64,000 nucleotides of DNA, taken from an uncultured Planctomycetales bacterium. Lineage in GTDB: Bacteria > Omnitrophota > Gorgyraeia > Gygaellales > Profunditerraquicolaceae. Location of the stretch: the NCBI GenBank assembly GCA_964542785.1, contig CAZIUK010000002.1:49927-113926 (forward strand). The letters run 5' to 3'. Position numbers and translations under genes: made by a program. The notes under the pieces are model-generated. The model was not told where the DNA came from. It made no database searches and worked only from the letters and a program-made list of their open reading frames with translations. Shown here piece by piece: positions 31,563 to 41,483 of this stretch (position 1 is the first letter of the stretch; every line of letters begins with the position of its first letter).

Positions 31563-31645
31563 GCCGAAGTGGTGGAATGGCATACACGTCGGTCTCAAAA
31601 ACCGATGGGCTTACGCCCGTAAGGGTTCAACTCCCTTCTTCGGCA
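31563..31645 (+). tRNA. tRNA-Leu (anticodon CAA), type II long variable arm, no encoded CCA
   Basis: GCCGAAGTGGTGGAATGGCATACACGTCGGTCTCAAAAACCGATGGGCTTACGCCCGTAAGGGTTCAACTCCCTTCTTCGGCA has acceptor GCCGAAG/CTTCGGC and anticodon loop CT-CAA-AA. The variable-arm stem is GGGC/GCCC and the T-loop is TTCAACT. Confidence 0.85.
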
Positions 31646-31786
31646 TTAAATTAAACTCTAAATCAAAATGCCTCTTTATAGCCAAAACGTTTGATAAAAA
31701 ATAAAAGAGGCGCTTTTTTAAAGTAGGGACCTTAAAGAGCCGGTTAGCTTTTAAAGGCAAGACGCCTCTTTCTACGCAATATCAAT

Positions 31787-34700
31787 TTATCTCTTACCTA
31801 GAAATACCTCCCTTAATTCTTCAATAGACCTATTTATCTGAAGCACAACGAGTATATCTTTAAGGGTTAATTCAGTCTGCTGGCAATGTTCTTCTTCTTC
31901 CCGTAAAATTCCTGAAATACAGCTTATGACTTTGTCTGCGTCTTCAACTACCTGCCCTTTAATACAAGAGGCTTGTATATACTCTTTAATCCTCTGTGAA
32001 GAAGGGATAATACCGGCATTAACCATACGCTCAATCTCTTGCCACTCTTGATTTAGGTTTATACTTGAGAGGTTATTTAAAGAAGAGTGGCTGATATTAG
32101 CGCTTAGATTACTGATAGCCTGAACAACTACAGGCAGGGCAGTAAAGTCAATACCACCCATATTATTTTGGCCTACGCCTAAAGTAAGACCTTCTTGAGG
32201 CGCTTTAGCTTGCGGTAAGTCGAAAGATCCCTGCTTTATCCTCAATATGTCTTCCATATCTTTAGCTAGATCATGGGTATCTTTGTTTAATCCAGGGTAT
32301 TTTTGAGCTACCCGCCCTGCCATAACCTCATGACTAAGCCCTGCGATTATAGAACGTAAATCATTGTTGTGCTGGAAAAAATACGAATCCCCTATAAATA
32401 CCTTATCTCCTAATCTTACAGGACCGTTAATCTTATCCAGAAATCTTGTAACCATAAATGCCTCTGGTACAACTATTATCTCATTTAAGTCTATCCTTCC
32501 AAATCCAAATTTTTGCTCAAGGGTAGAAATTATATCTTTAGGTATAACAATACGCCTTGCTCCAATTAAGGCTGCTATTTCAGCAATAGCTTCTACATCC
32601 TCTTTGGCAACCCGACCATTTAAGGTATAATCTTCTTTAAGGGTACTCCTTGGCCTTGGCCTATCTATATCAAACATGACGAACTTACCATCCTCTATAC
32701 TGTTATGCGTATCTTTCCCAAAAATGCGAGTAAAATAATCCCAGCTCTTTTCATGTAAAGGCTTCAAAGATACACGGAGCCCTTCCTTATAGATATCCAT
32801 AAGAGATATTGTTTCCTTATTGCCAAAATTAAAAGAAGGCCCCAAATATCCAGGCAAAGCAATACCACTACACCCCAACCCTATAGCTAAGTCATACAAT
32901 ACCTTAAATAGGCTCATCAAGAGCTCTTCTCCATCCAAAGAAGGAGAATTAATAGTATCTATAGTAAGGACCTTGTCGCCTGCATAGTCCTTGGCAACCA
33001 TAAGGCCTATATAGCCTTTTAAAGCTTTTCCTTTGTAGACAAAGAAATACTTAGTATCTTCATGCATAGCCCTTGTATAAGGATTTCCTTTATCATCAGT
33101 ATCAAAAGAACAATCTATAATACCTGCCCTGCCGCGAAATACGCCTAAAAACCCCTGCTCAATTAGGCGGTAAGACTCAACCCCTTCTTGCTTGATTACC
33201 CTTACTTTAGATATTTCTTTATATACTTTAGAGGTTAGGCTTTGAAAAACCCCTGCTAACCCTTTGATACTTTCCATATTTAAGCTTAGGGAATTAGGCA
33301 GATGGTGCTTGTAATCCTCATAGAAATTCTTAAAGGCAGTTACCATAACCTCCTGGTCATGTGAGAACATCTGTGCCAACAACCCTTCTTCAAGCATGAT
33401 ATCGCTTATAATCAGGTCGCGCATCAGAAAAAGGCATCTTCTGCCTATATCTTGCTCTCCTAACCTATCCTTTACCAAAGAGAAAATTATCTTATAAAAC
33501 TTTCTTCTATTAGATAGAAGCTCTTGTTTAATAACTTCTTCCTGTGGATATTCAACCCTGAAACGCTCTCCTTCTTTTATCAAACCTTTATCTATCGCTT
33601 CTTGTCGCTTAAGAAGATAATAAAGGTTCTGAATATTAAAAACCTTACTCTGTGGAAAATCCTCATTTATCCAAGATAAACTATCTATCCTCTGACGTAT
33701 CCTTATTAATTCATCTAAATTCTGGTTAAATACGTTTAAATCAATACTAGATGTATCTATTATGCGCACTCCCTGGCTATTCAACTCTATAATTATTGGC
33801 TTAGCTGCCTTGGTAAAAAGGTTTTTAAAGTATCCAGGGTACTCTTTATCAAATTGAATAAGTTTATTTATCCTCTCTTTAAACTCTTCATAGGTTACAT
33901 CTATACCATTGATCTCTAAACCTAAATAAGCAAGCCATACTTCTTCTTCATTATTATAATCAAATCCAGAATTAATCATGTTCTCTGCCTTAAGCTTAAG
34001 CTTTAAGATAAAAGCCCTGGAGTCAGAAGCAGAAAAATAATCCTTAACCAACTCTTCACGAAAAGGCAGGTTATTCTCTTGCCATAGTTTGTATTTTTCG
34101 CAATCTTTGCTTAAGACCCCTCCTTTTTCTATTAGCTTAGCGTAAAGTGGGGCTAAAGCCTCTACAGCTACTTGGCAGACATAGAAATCCTCATCTTTAA
34201 GCCTATCCTCTAATAAAGATAAGGAAACTTTCTCTCCTCTTTCTATTAACTTAGCGTAAAGTGGAGCTAAAGCCTCTATTGCTGTTTGACGGACACGAGG
34301 ATCCTGATCTTTGAGTTTATCCTCTAATAAAGATAAAGTCATCTCTCCTTTTTCTATTAGCTTAGTGTAAAGTGGAGCTAAAGACTTAATTACTGTTTGG
34401 CGGGCATAGGAATCAAAAACTTTGAGTTTATCCTCCAATGAAGATAAAGAGACTTTTTCTCCTCTTTCTATTAGCTTAGCGTAGAGGAAAGCTAAAGATT
34501 TTATTGCTGTTTGGCGAACACGAGGATCCGGATCTTTGAGTTTATCCTCTAATAAAGATAAAGAGATTTTTTCTCCTTTTTCTATTAATTTAGCGTAGAG
34601 GAGAGCTAAAGATTTTATTGCTGTTTGGCGGATATGGAAATATTGATCTTTAAGCTTGCCCTCTAATAAAAGAATATTAAATATTATCTGTTGTGATGTT

Positions 34701-36232
34701 GCTTCGACAAAAGACAACTTAACCACTTTCTCTCTTTCTATAGCTCCACGCTCTGACCCAACTCCTAACGCTCCTTCTGCTTGCCGGCTTAAAGCCTCAG
34801 TTATTTCTTGTATTACTAATTCCCGGTCATTTTCATTTCCTTTAAGTATACAGGCTATGGCTTGCTCGCTAGGCTTATCGTAATAACCAAAACCCTTGCC
34901 CGGATTAAATATACCAAAAAGGCTAGCCCTTGTTAAAAATTCCTGCTGGCCTAAGACTTCTATCTTAACTTCATACTTTTCTTCTAATTCTTCTAAGGAT
35001 AGCTTTAAATCTCTTTCAGAAATATTACTTACCGCTTTATCCTCCATTATACGGACTATATCATCTCTTAACCCAGGCTGGATATACACCTCTTCATTAA
35101 AGGCTAATTGAGGGAGTTGACCTTGCGCAGGCATACAAATACTCTTCCCTCCCCCAAGGGTAGTTATCTCTACGCCAATCTGCTGAGAAACAAGACTGCC
35201 AACCTGGATCCCTCCCGAGAAGTAACTTCTGACTACCTGTCTAAAGGGGGTGGATACAAGAGTAGTAAAACTATATTCTCCGTCTTTGAATGATTTCTGA
35301 TATGCCTTAAAATAGGTATCTTTGGAGTAGGATTCTTTTAAAGCAAGGTTAGTTAAATCCTTACAGTCAATTATAAAAGAATAAGGGTTAGCCCTCTTGT
35401 TTTTATTACGGGCCTTAAACCACTGGGCTAAAATTAAGGAATAATAGACCTGCCTCAAGGGAGCGTATTTCTTAGCTGTATTTATATCCTTGGTAAGTTT
35501 AGGAATGATTAACTCCCTTATTAGCTGGCTTGAGTACTCATTAAGCTTCTTTAGGCGTTCGTCTTTGAAGTCATAAAGGACATTATCCTTTAGATGATCC
35601 TGCTCAAGCATCACCTTTAAGGTTGCCTTGTAGATGTAGGCAGAATTAGAGGTCTCTCTTATGATAATCTCATCAGGGACTATCCAAGGTCTAGTTAAGG
35701 TAGGAATAGTTATATCTTGAGAACCAAAGAGCTCCTCGGCTTTTTGGTAAAGCTTGTCCCAATACTTCTTACCTTCGGGATTTACAGGGGAGGTAAAACA
35801 AGCAGCATCTTTCTTAAGCTCTAAGTCTGCCTCAAGGAAAATTCTTCCTACATCGGTCTGGGCAAGAAGAGGATTTATAATATTATCAGGCGAGTCAGGA
35901 CGTAAGTTTACCCAGAAGAAGTCATCTGGTAAGGTCAAGCCAATAAAAAAGTATTTAAGCAGATTTTTTGAGGTATTCTCAAGGCCAACCCTTGAGGGAT
36001 TCTTTATAGCGCCCTTATCAATTAAAAGCCTAAAATTATCTTCTTTTGGGTTGTATTCTAAGTAGCGCAGATGCAAAGGCCTAAACCTATCTACGATTAA
36101 GGCATTACGCATTACACTCAGATGATTTGCAATGTCAAGCTGGGCGGCTACTTGAGGGAAACCTGAGTACTGAAGGAAAAGGATAAAGATAATAATAAAA
36201 CAGACTAATTTAAATGGTTTGTTTATTCTCAT
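31787..36232 (-). CDS. giant (~1480 aa) secreted/membrane-anchored protein with central HEAT/PBS-lyase-like repeats, function unknown
   Basis: The start is set at the ATG at 36232 (MRINKPFKLVCFIIIFILFLQY..., hydrophobic signal/anchor); the track start at 36310 is TTG. The central region has five 37-38-aa repeats, (D)P(D)PRVRQTAIKSLAxLYAKLIExGEKVSLSLLEDKLK. No recognisable catalytic motif was found. Confidence 0.5.
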   Translation of the reverse strand: MRINKPFKLVCFIIIFILFLQYSGFPQVAAQLDIANHLSVMRNALIVDRFRPLHLRYLEYNPKEDNFRLLIDKGAIKNPSRVGLENTSKNLLKYFFIGLTLPDDFFWVNLRPDSPDNIINPLLAQTDVGRIFLEADLELKKDAACFTSPVNPEGKKYWDKLYQKAEELFGSQDITIPTLTRPWIVPDEIIIRETSNSAYIYKATLKVMLEQDHLKDNVLYDFKDERLKKLNEYSSQLIRELIIPKLTKDINTAKKYAPLRQVYYSLILAQWFKARNKNKRANPYSFIIDCKDLTNLALKESYSKDTYFKAYQKSFKDGEYSFTTLVSTPFRQVVRSYFSGGIQVGSLVSQQIGVEITTLGGGKSICMPAQGQLPQLAFNEEVYIQPGLRDDIVRIMEDKAVSNISERDLKLSLEELEEKYEVKIEVLGQQEFLTRASLFGIFNPGKGFGYYDKPSEQAIACILKGNENDRELVIQEITEALSRQAEGALGVGSERGAIEREKVVKLSFVEATSQQIIFNILLLEGKLKDQYFHIRQTAIKSLALLYAKLIEKGEKISLSLLEDKLKDPDPRVRQTAIKSLAFLYAKLIERGEKVSLSSLEDKLKVFDSYARQTVIKSLAPLYTKLIEKGEMTLSLLEDKLKDQDPRVRQTAIEALAPLYAKLIERGEKVSLSLLEDRLKDEDFYVCQVAVEALAPLYAKLIEKGGVLSKDCEKYKLWQENNLPFREELVKDYFSASDSRAFILKLKLKAENMINSGFDYNNEEEVWLAYLGLEINGIDVTYEEFKERINKLIQFDKEYPGYFKNLFTKAAKPIIIELNSQGVRIIDTSSIDLNVFNQNLDELIRIRQRIDSLSWINEDFPQSKVFNIQNLYYLLKRQEAIDKGLIKEGERFRVEYPQEEVIKQELLSNRRKFYKIIFSLVKDRLGEQDIGRRCLFLMRDLIISDIMLEEGLLAQMFSHDQEVMVTAFKNFYEDYKHHLPNSLSLNMESIKGLAGVFQSLTSKVYKEISKVRVIKQEGVESYRLIEQGFLGVFRGRAGIIDCSFDTDDKGNPYTRAMHEDTKYFFVYKGKALKGYIGLMVAKDYAGDKVLTIDTINSPSLDGEELLMSLFKVLYDLAIGLGCSGIALPGYLGPSFNFGNKETISLMDIYKEGLRVSLKPLHEKSWDYFTRIFGKDTHNSIEDGKFVMFDIDRPRPRSTLKEDYTLNGRVAKEDVEAIAEIAALIGARRIVIPKDIISTLEQKFGFGRIDLNEIIVVPEAFMVTRFLDKINGPVRLGDKVFIGDSYFFQHNNDLRSIIAGLSHEVMAGRVAQKYPGLNKDTHDLAKDMEDILRIKQGSFDLPQAKAPQEGLTLGVGQNNMGGIDFTALPVVVQAISNLSANISHSSLNNLSSINLNQEWQEIERMVNAGIIPSSQRIKEYIQASCIKGQVVEDADKVISCISGILREEEEHCQQTELTLKDILVVLQINRSIEELREVFLGKR
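34120..34650. repeat. five tandem copies of a ~114-nt near-identical repeat inside the giant gene
   Basis: Plus-strand units begin roughly at 34124, 34238, 34349, 34463 and 34577 (TCTATTAGCTTAGCGTAAAGTGGAGCTAAAG...TTTATCCTCTAATAAAGATAAAG). They encode the HEAT-like protein repeats. Confidence 0.8.
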
Positions 36233-36370
36233 TACAAGCTTAATTTTAGGTAACTTTAAATTTAACCGGCTACTTAAGATAAAGTTTACAACATAGACAA
36301 GTAAAAACAAGGGTAATTCGGGAATACTTTGAAAAGGGTTTCTTTAGCATTCTTCTTGCTGAATATACGA

Positions 36371-37396
36371 TTATAAAAAGTAATTTAGCCTTAATTGTCC
36401 ACAGGCAGCACTTATATCAACCCCCCGCTCCTTGCGAAAGGTTGCATGGATACCGCGCTTAAGAAAATAGTTCTTAAAAAATAGGGCTTTATCTTTTTCA
36501 GGGGGTATTAACTTAAACTCAGGGATATAATTTGAAGGAATTAGGTTTACCTTAAAGAGATTAAAACCTTTTAACAATAAACATAACTCCTCTGCCTCTT
36601 TTAAAGAAGAGTTTACATCCTTTATCAGGATATATTCAAAGGTAACCTGACGCTTTGTATCTTGACAATACTTCTTGCAAGCTTTAATAAGTTTTTCCAA
36701 GGGGTATTTTTTATTGACCGGCATAAGGCGCGACCTTAAGCTATTGGTTGGCGCATGCAAAGAAACTGATAATTCTACTTGCAAACCTTCCTTACTTAAC
36801 CTCTCTATGCCGGGTATTATCCCGCAGGTAGATATCGTAATCTTACGCGCTCCTATATTCAACCCATAATTTGAGTTTATAATCCTTATCGCCTTTATCA
36901 CGTTCTCATAATTATCTAATGGCTCTCCGATACCCATAAATACTATATGCGTAAGCTTATTTTCAAAGGCATTCTCTTTTAGGTAAAGTACTTCTTCAAT
37001 TATCTCTCCTGCGGTTAAATTTCTCTTTAAACCAAATAGCCCACTTGCGCAAAAACTGCATCTAAACTTACACCCTACCTGAGAAGATACACACCCTGTA
37101 ACTCTATCTAAAGAAGGTATCAATACAGCCTCAATTAAATCAGTCCCTTTTTTAAAGAGTAATTTTAAAGTTCCGTCTTTTGATTTTACGGATTTATAGA
37201 GACTAAAGCCCAAAATATAAAAGTTATCTAAAAGCCTGCTTCTTAGCTCCTTCGGAATATCACTCATGCAATTAAAATCCAATACCCCTCTTTTATAAAT
37301 CCAGGAAAAAATCTGCTTGGCATGGTAAGGTTTATCAACAAAAGAAAAAAGCTTTTTTTCTAACTCTTTTAAACCGTAGTCTTTGATATCCTGCAT
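36371..37396 (-). CDS. rlmN: 23S rRNA/tRNA adenine-C2 methyltransferase RlmN (radical SAM)
   Basis: CVSSQVGCKFRCSFCASG (CxxxCxxC), GIGEPLDN and the C-terminal AACGQL form the RlmN/Cfr family signature. Confidence 0.85.
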   Translation of the reverse strand: MQDIKDYGLKELEKKLFSFVDKPYHAKQIFSWIYKRGVLDFNCMSDIPKELRSRLLDNFYILGFSLYKSVKSKDGTLKLLFKKGTDLIEAVLIPSLDRVTGCVSSQVGCKFRCSFCASGLFGLKRNLTAGEIIEEVLYLKENAFENKLTHIVFMGIGEPLDNYENVIKAIRIINSNYGLNIGARKITISTCGIIPGIERLSKEGLQVELSVSLHAPTNSLRSRLMPVNKKYPLEKLIKACKKYCQDTKRQVTFEYILIKDVNSSLKEAEELCLLLKGFNLFKVNLIPSNYIPEFKLIPPEKDKALFFKNYFLKRGIHATFRKERGVDISAACGQLRLNYFL

Positions 37397-37406
37397 AGGG
37401 AATTAG

Positions 37407-38918
37407 TTAAAAACGGAGCTTTTCTTTATCTATCTTTCCTGCGCGGTTTTTAGGAAGGCTATCCTTAAAGACAAAATAATGCGGAATCTTAAAATTAGCT
37501 AAGCGCTCTCTTAAATAGTAACGCAAATCCTTTTCATCTAAGCTCTTGCCTTCTTTTAAGACTACAAAGGCCTTTGGAACCTCTCCTCTTAAATCATCTC
37601 TAGCGCCTACTACTGCTGCCTCGGCTATATCTTCATGTTTTTGTATTGCTGCTTCTACCTCCGGCTCAAAAACTATCTCTCCGCCTACTTTGATCATCTC
37701 TTTTTTTCTACCTACTATATAAAGGTTCCCATCCTCATCAAGCCTACCTAAATCTCCGGTATAAAACCACCCATTGCTCTTTGACTCTTTAGTAAGGATA
37801 GGGTCTTTATAGTAACCACTAGTTACAACCCAACTCTTAACTACTATCTCACCTATCTTTCCGGTTTGGACCACCCTTCCTTCATCATCAAATATTTTTA
37901 TCTCTATCCACGGAGCAGGCCTACCTACACTCTCTATCTTTCCTGACCCCATCGGTAAAACAGCAGTAGGGGCATTGGTCTCAGTCATCCCCCAACCATT
38001 TAAAAGATGCGCATTAGGGCAAAACTTATGGAACCTACGCAAGGCATCAGGAGAACTGGATGCGCCAAAAGTAACTATCCAACGTAAAGATGAAAGATCA
38101 AATGTCTCAAATTCTTTTAACTGTAAAAACGCATAATACATTGAAGGGACTATCCAAAAAAAACTAACCTTATATTTTATAATATTCCTTAAAAACTCAA
38201 GCGGGATAAAGCGCTCCATCAGTATAAGCCTTAAAGAAAAACAAATAGTATTCTGGATATAGATAAGCCCTCCTAAGTGAGAAAAAGGCAAAGCAGAGAG
38301 TGTTGTATCTTTATCGCTTAAATCACTATTTACAAAAAACTCCATTGACTTAGGAGGCGCTAAAAGTTGTTTATAGCTTATCAATACCCCTTTAGGCTTT
38401 CCGGTAGTACCTGAAGTATAAAAGATTATCGCCGGTTCATCTTCAGCTATATTAACATTAAGCGCATTGACATTACTATCTTCAATACAATCATTAAAAA
38501 ACCTACAGCCTTCTAATCTATCCTGGCAAGTAATAAAAACCTTTAAAAACGGTGTCTTTTCTTTTAAAGTGGCTATACGAAGATTGGCTTTAGGCTTAAA
38601 GATAAAAACCTTTGCCTCGCAATGCCTAAGGCAGGATAATAACTCATCCGTAGTAAGCATAAAATCTAATGGCACAGCTATGGCTCCCAATACCCATACT
38701 GCAAGATAACTATATATATACTCAGGCCAATTAGGCAGATACAAAGCAACCCTGTCACCTTTCTTAACTCCTTGATTTTTAAGGCTATTGGCTAAGCGTA
38801 TAGACCTCTCCTGTAACTTATCCCAAGATATCGCCTCTTCTCTAAAGATAACCGCATCCTTTTCAGGGTGCAATCTTGCTTTCTCTTCTAATATTTTGAT
38901 TAACCCCATCTTAACCAA
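37407..38918 (-). CDS. AMP-dependent synthetase/ligase (acyl-CoA or acyl-ACP synthetase-like adenylating enzyme)
   Basis: IFYTSGTTGKPKGV (AMP-binding motif I), YGMTET-like GWGMTET and the GRKKEMIKVGGE C-terminal block are present. Confidence 0.75.
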   Translation of the reverse strand: MVKMGLIKILEEKARLHPEKDAVIFREEAISWDKLQERSIRLANSLKNQGVKKGDRVALYLPNWPEYIYSYLAVWVLGAIAVPLDFMLTTDELLSCLRHCEAKVFIFKPKANLRIATLKEKTPFLKVFITCQDRLEGCRFFNDCIEDSNVNALNVNIAEDEPAIIFYTSGTTGKPKGVLISYKQLLAPPKSMEFFVNSDLSDKDTTLSALPFSHLGGLIYIQNTICFSLRLILMERFIPLEFLRNIIKYKVSFFWIVPSMYYAFLQLKEFETFDLSSLRWIVTFGASSSPDALRRFHKFCPNAHLLNGWGMTETNAPTAVLPMGSGKIESVGRPAPWIEIKIFDDEGRVVQTGKIGEIVVKSWVVTSGYYKDPILTKESKSNGWFYTGDLGRLDEDGNLYIVGRKKEMIKVGGEIVFEPEVEAAIQKHEDIAEAAVVGARDDLRGEVPKAFVVLKEGKSLDEKDLRYYLRERLANFKIPHYFVFKDSLPKNRAGKIDKEKLRF

Positions 38919-39564
38919 TCTCTGATTCTACTTTATCTATAAGCTCTTCTGTCTCTTTAATTAAATTAGCCGGCAATAATTTTAACGTCTGCACTTCTTG
39001 CTTTAATCCTTTTAAACTCCCTAAAAACCTCTTTAATATAGCAACACGTCTCTTCTGATAAGCCTCTTGCGGATTAAGCTCTTGTCTTTCTCTAATTAAA
39101 AAGGTCAGGTCTTTTTTTAGATCCTTAGTATCCTTACCATTTTCAAAGATATCCTTTCTTATCCTATGGTAATCTTCTGCGTTAAGCGACTTCTTGTTCT
39201 TAGCCTTACGCAACAGATCCACCGCCTCATAACCAGGGAACTTAGCAGTATCAGTCCTTTCAAGATAACCTTTACTTAAATAATCCGGCTCTTCTTTCTC
39301 AAGAAAAAAATACGAACGCAATAACTTCATAGCCGTATGTTTTCTAATGCCTATCTCTTTAGCAGCATAAACTTCAAAAGTGTTAAAGCCCCACTCTTTA
39401 TACATCTTGTCTTTATATACGGAATAAAACAGGCGCCCTAACTCTATCCACGAAGACTTAAAGTTCTTAGCGCTCTTTAATACGCAATGCCTTAAAGACC
39501 CTTCTTCTAAAGAGGCTAATTTATTCTCAATATTTTGAAGCGACTTAGGTTTATGAGTATGCAT
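38911..39564 (-). CDS. hypothetical protein
   Basis: It is an intact 217-aa ORF, co-directional and overlapping the neighbouring genes by 8 and 1 nt. It is Lys/Glu-rich and no motif was recognised. Confidence 0.3.
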   Translation of the reverse strand: MHTHKPKSLQNIENKLASLEEGSLRHCVLKSAKNFKSSWIELGRLFYSVYKDKMYKEWGFNTFEVYAAKEIGIRKHTAMKLLRSYFFLEKEEPDYLSKGYLERTDTAKFPGYEAVDLLRKAKNKKSLNAEDYHRIRKDIFENGKDTKDLKKDLTFLIRERQELNPQEAYQKRRVAILKRFLGSLKGLKQEVQTLKLLPANLIKETEELIDKVESEIG

Positions 39565-40640
39565 TATTCTTTACCTTTAAATACTTTTTGCATCTCCTTG
39601 CCGAAATCTTTAAACTGCCGGATATTTTCGTTTACCTTTTTTATCAGATTTTCCGGCTCTTGGCTGGCTATATTCTTTGCCGCAGCTTTTAAAATAATCT
39701 TTTTAATTTCTTCTTGCGAAATATTTGGCTTGTCAAGTTTAATCTTGATATAAAAATCTAGAATAATATTTCCATCCTCATCTGTAAAAAAATCCAACGC
39801 CTTTTTAGCAAAATCTAAACGCAAAGCATCGGAAGAGCCCTCTTTATCCTCCTCATAAACTAAATCCGAGAGTCTTAAATTAGTAGAGATATTTAAATCA
39901 TTGTCCTCCCCTTCTGCCTTAACTTTTAAGTTAAGTTTCGCGAAAGTTACCTTCCTTTCAGAGAGAAAATTTCCATAATAGGGGTAAAAATAAGAAGCGT
40001 CTAAGTCTTTTAAGGTCAAAGTTGCGTCCATATCTTTAGACCCGAAATCAACCCAGCCTAAGAGAGAAACTTCCCCTATCTTACCCGCTAAACCCTTAAG
40101 CACATCCGCAGTAATTTTAAAGTTTGCTTTTAAGGAAGTAATCGGAAGCATAACCTTGGATATATCCATATTTACCCTACTTAAGGTAACCTTAAATCCT
40201 TTAGGGTCGGTTTTCTTATCAATAAAGACAAACCGGCCATCCTTTACTAATAACCTCATTATATATAGAGCCGGTGGATTTTTATCTTCTAAGACTTCGG
40301 GGACATTAAACTTGCCTATGCGCGATTGCTCAAGGGTAATAACCGGATTTATCAAGGTTATTGAATTTAAAACAACCCTTCCAGACATTAATCCTAATAT
40401 GTTAGGGGAGACTGAAACACGTTCGGATGAAAATAAATCCCCTATCTTAAGGCCATCTAAATTAATTAACAAAGGAAGGGCAATGCTTGCTCTTTTCAGG
40501 CTTATGGGTACATTTAAACTTTTTTCTAATTGCCCAACTACCAATTTATTTATAAATAAAGATAGAATCAGATTTAAGATAAACAGTATCAATATTGCTG
40601 TAATTATAATAAAAAATATAAACTTAATTATCCTCTTCAT
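39564..40640 (-). CDS. N-terminally anchored AsmA-like/DUF748-like envelope protein (tentative)
   Basis: A single N-terminal TM helix is followed by a beta-rich region (LNLKVKAEGEDNDLNISTNLRLSDL). The resemblance to AsmA-family lipid-transfer-type proteins is weak. Confidence 0.3.
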   Translation of the reverse strand: MKRIIKFIFFIIITAILILFILNLILSLFINKLVVGQLEKSLNVPISLKRASIALPLLINLDGLKIGDLFSSERVSVSPNILGLMSGRVVLNSITLINPVITLEQSRIGKFNVPEVLEDKNPPALYIMRLLVKDGRFVFIDKKTDPKGFKVTLSRVNMDISKVMLPITSLKANFKITADVLKGLAGKIGEVSLLGWVDFGSKDMDATLTLKDLDASYFYPYYGNFLSERKVTFAKLNLKVKAEGEDNDLNISTNLRLSDLVYEEDKEGSSDALRLDFAKKALDFFTDEDGNIILDFYIKIKLDKPNISQEEIKKIILKAAAKNIASQEPENLIKKVNENIRQFKDFGKEMQKVFKGKE

Positions 40641-41482
40641 TAAAATATTACGGTTTTATCTTTAAACCTTATTACCCTATGCTCAATATATGCACGCAAT
40701 GCATCCGAGAGAGCGCGCTTCTCTAAGTTTCTCCCTTTTAAGACAAGGGATTTTAAATCATCTTTGTGAGATACCCTTTCTACCTCTTGAGAGATTATAG
40801 GCCCTGCGTCAAGCTTGTCATTGACAAAATGGCTGGTTGCACCGATTACCTTAACCCCCTTATTTAAGGCCTGTTGGTACGGGTCCCTACCTTTAAAAGA
40901 AGGCAAGAAACCATGGTGGATATTAATGATATCTTTTGCATAGACTTTAATAAACACCGGGGATAAAACGAGCATATAACGGGCTAAAACTAAAAAATCA
41001 GTAGAGATCCCGGCAATACGCAGTATCTCTTTTTCTTTTCTATCTTTTGAGTTTGAGGAGACAAAATAAAACGGTACCTTATACTGCGAGACTAACTCTT
41101 TGTGTTTAGAGAAGTTACTCACTACAAAGGGTATTTCTACTTTTAATTCCTGCCTCTTATAAAGGTAAAGAATATCTGCTAAACAATGATCTGGCTTAGA
41201 TACAAGTATACCCATTCTTAAAGGTATATTTTTATCGTAAAGCGCTATCTTAGCACGGAAAATCCCGGCGACTGGGATAAATCTTCTCTCTAAATTATTT
41301 TTACTAAGAGCCACTCCCTTAAGGGTAAACTCTACCCTCATAAAAAAATACCCCCCTTCGGGATTAGAGGAGTATTGATCTAGGGTCACAATATTCCCCC
41401 CGGACTTAAAGATAAACTCGGTTACCTTCGCCACTATCCCCTTTCTATCCTTACATTGCAAAAGCAAAACATAAGTCTTCAT
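40640..41482 (-). CDS. purU: formyltetrahydrofolate deformylase
   Basis: An N-terminal ACT domain (YVLLLQCKDRKGIVAKVTEFI) is joined to a formyl-transferase domain with HHGFLPSFKG. The start is moved to the ATG at 41482, directly after the plsC stop. Confidence 0.7.
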   Translation of the reverse strand: MKTYVLLLQCKDRKGIVAKVTEFIFKSGGNIVTLDQYSSNPEGGYFFMRVEFTLKGVALSKNNLERRFIPVAGIFRAKIALYDKNIPLRMGILVSKPDHCLADILYLYKRQELKVEIPFVVSNFSKHKELVSQYKVPFYFVSSNSKDRKEKEILRIAGISTDFLVLARYMLVLSPVFIKVYAKDIINIHHGFLPSFKGRDPYQQALNKGVKVIGATSHFVNDKLDAGPIISQEVERVSHKDDLKSLVLKGRNLEKRALSDALRAYIEHRVIRFKDKTVIF

Positions 41483-41483
41483 C

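Noticed and set aside
31713-31771. AAAGAGGCG ... CGCCTCTTT long-range inverted repeat after tRNA-Leu as a terminator.
   Set aside because: The complementary arms are separated by a loop of about 40 nt and lack a proper adjacent U-tract. It may still attenuate transcription, but I cannot support calling it a terminator.
31342-31790. An integrated element or integrase next to the tRNA pair.
   Set aside because: There is no integrase, excisionase or phage-like ORF in the window, and no direct repeat of the tRNA 3' end that I could spot. Only the giant gene follows.
34120-34650. The tandem repeat array in the giant gene as a possible CRISPR array or mobile-element terminal repeat.
   Set aside because: The units are 114 nt, contiguous with no spacers, in-frame, and translate into a coherent HEAT-like protein repeat. 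No cas genes or transposase are nearby.
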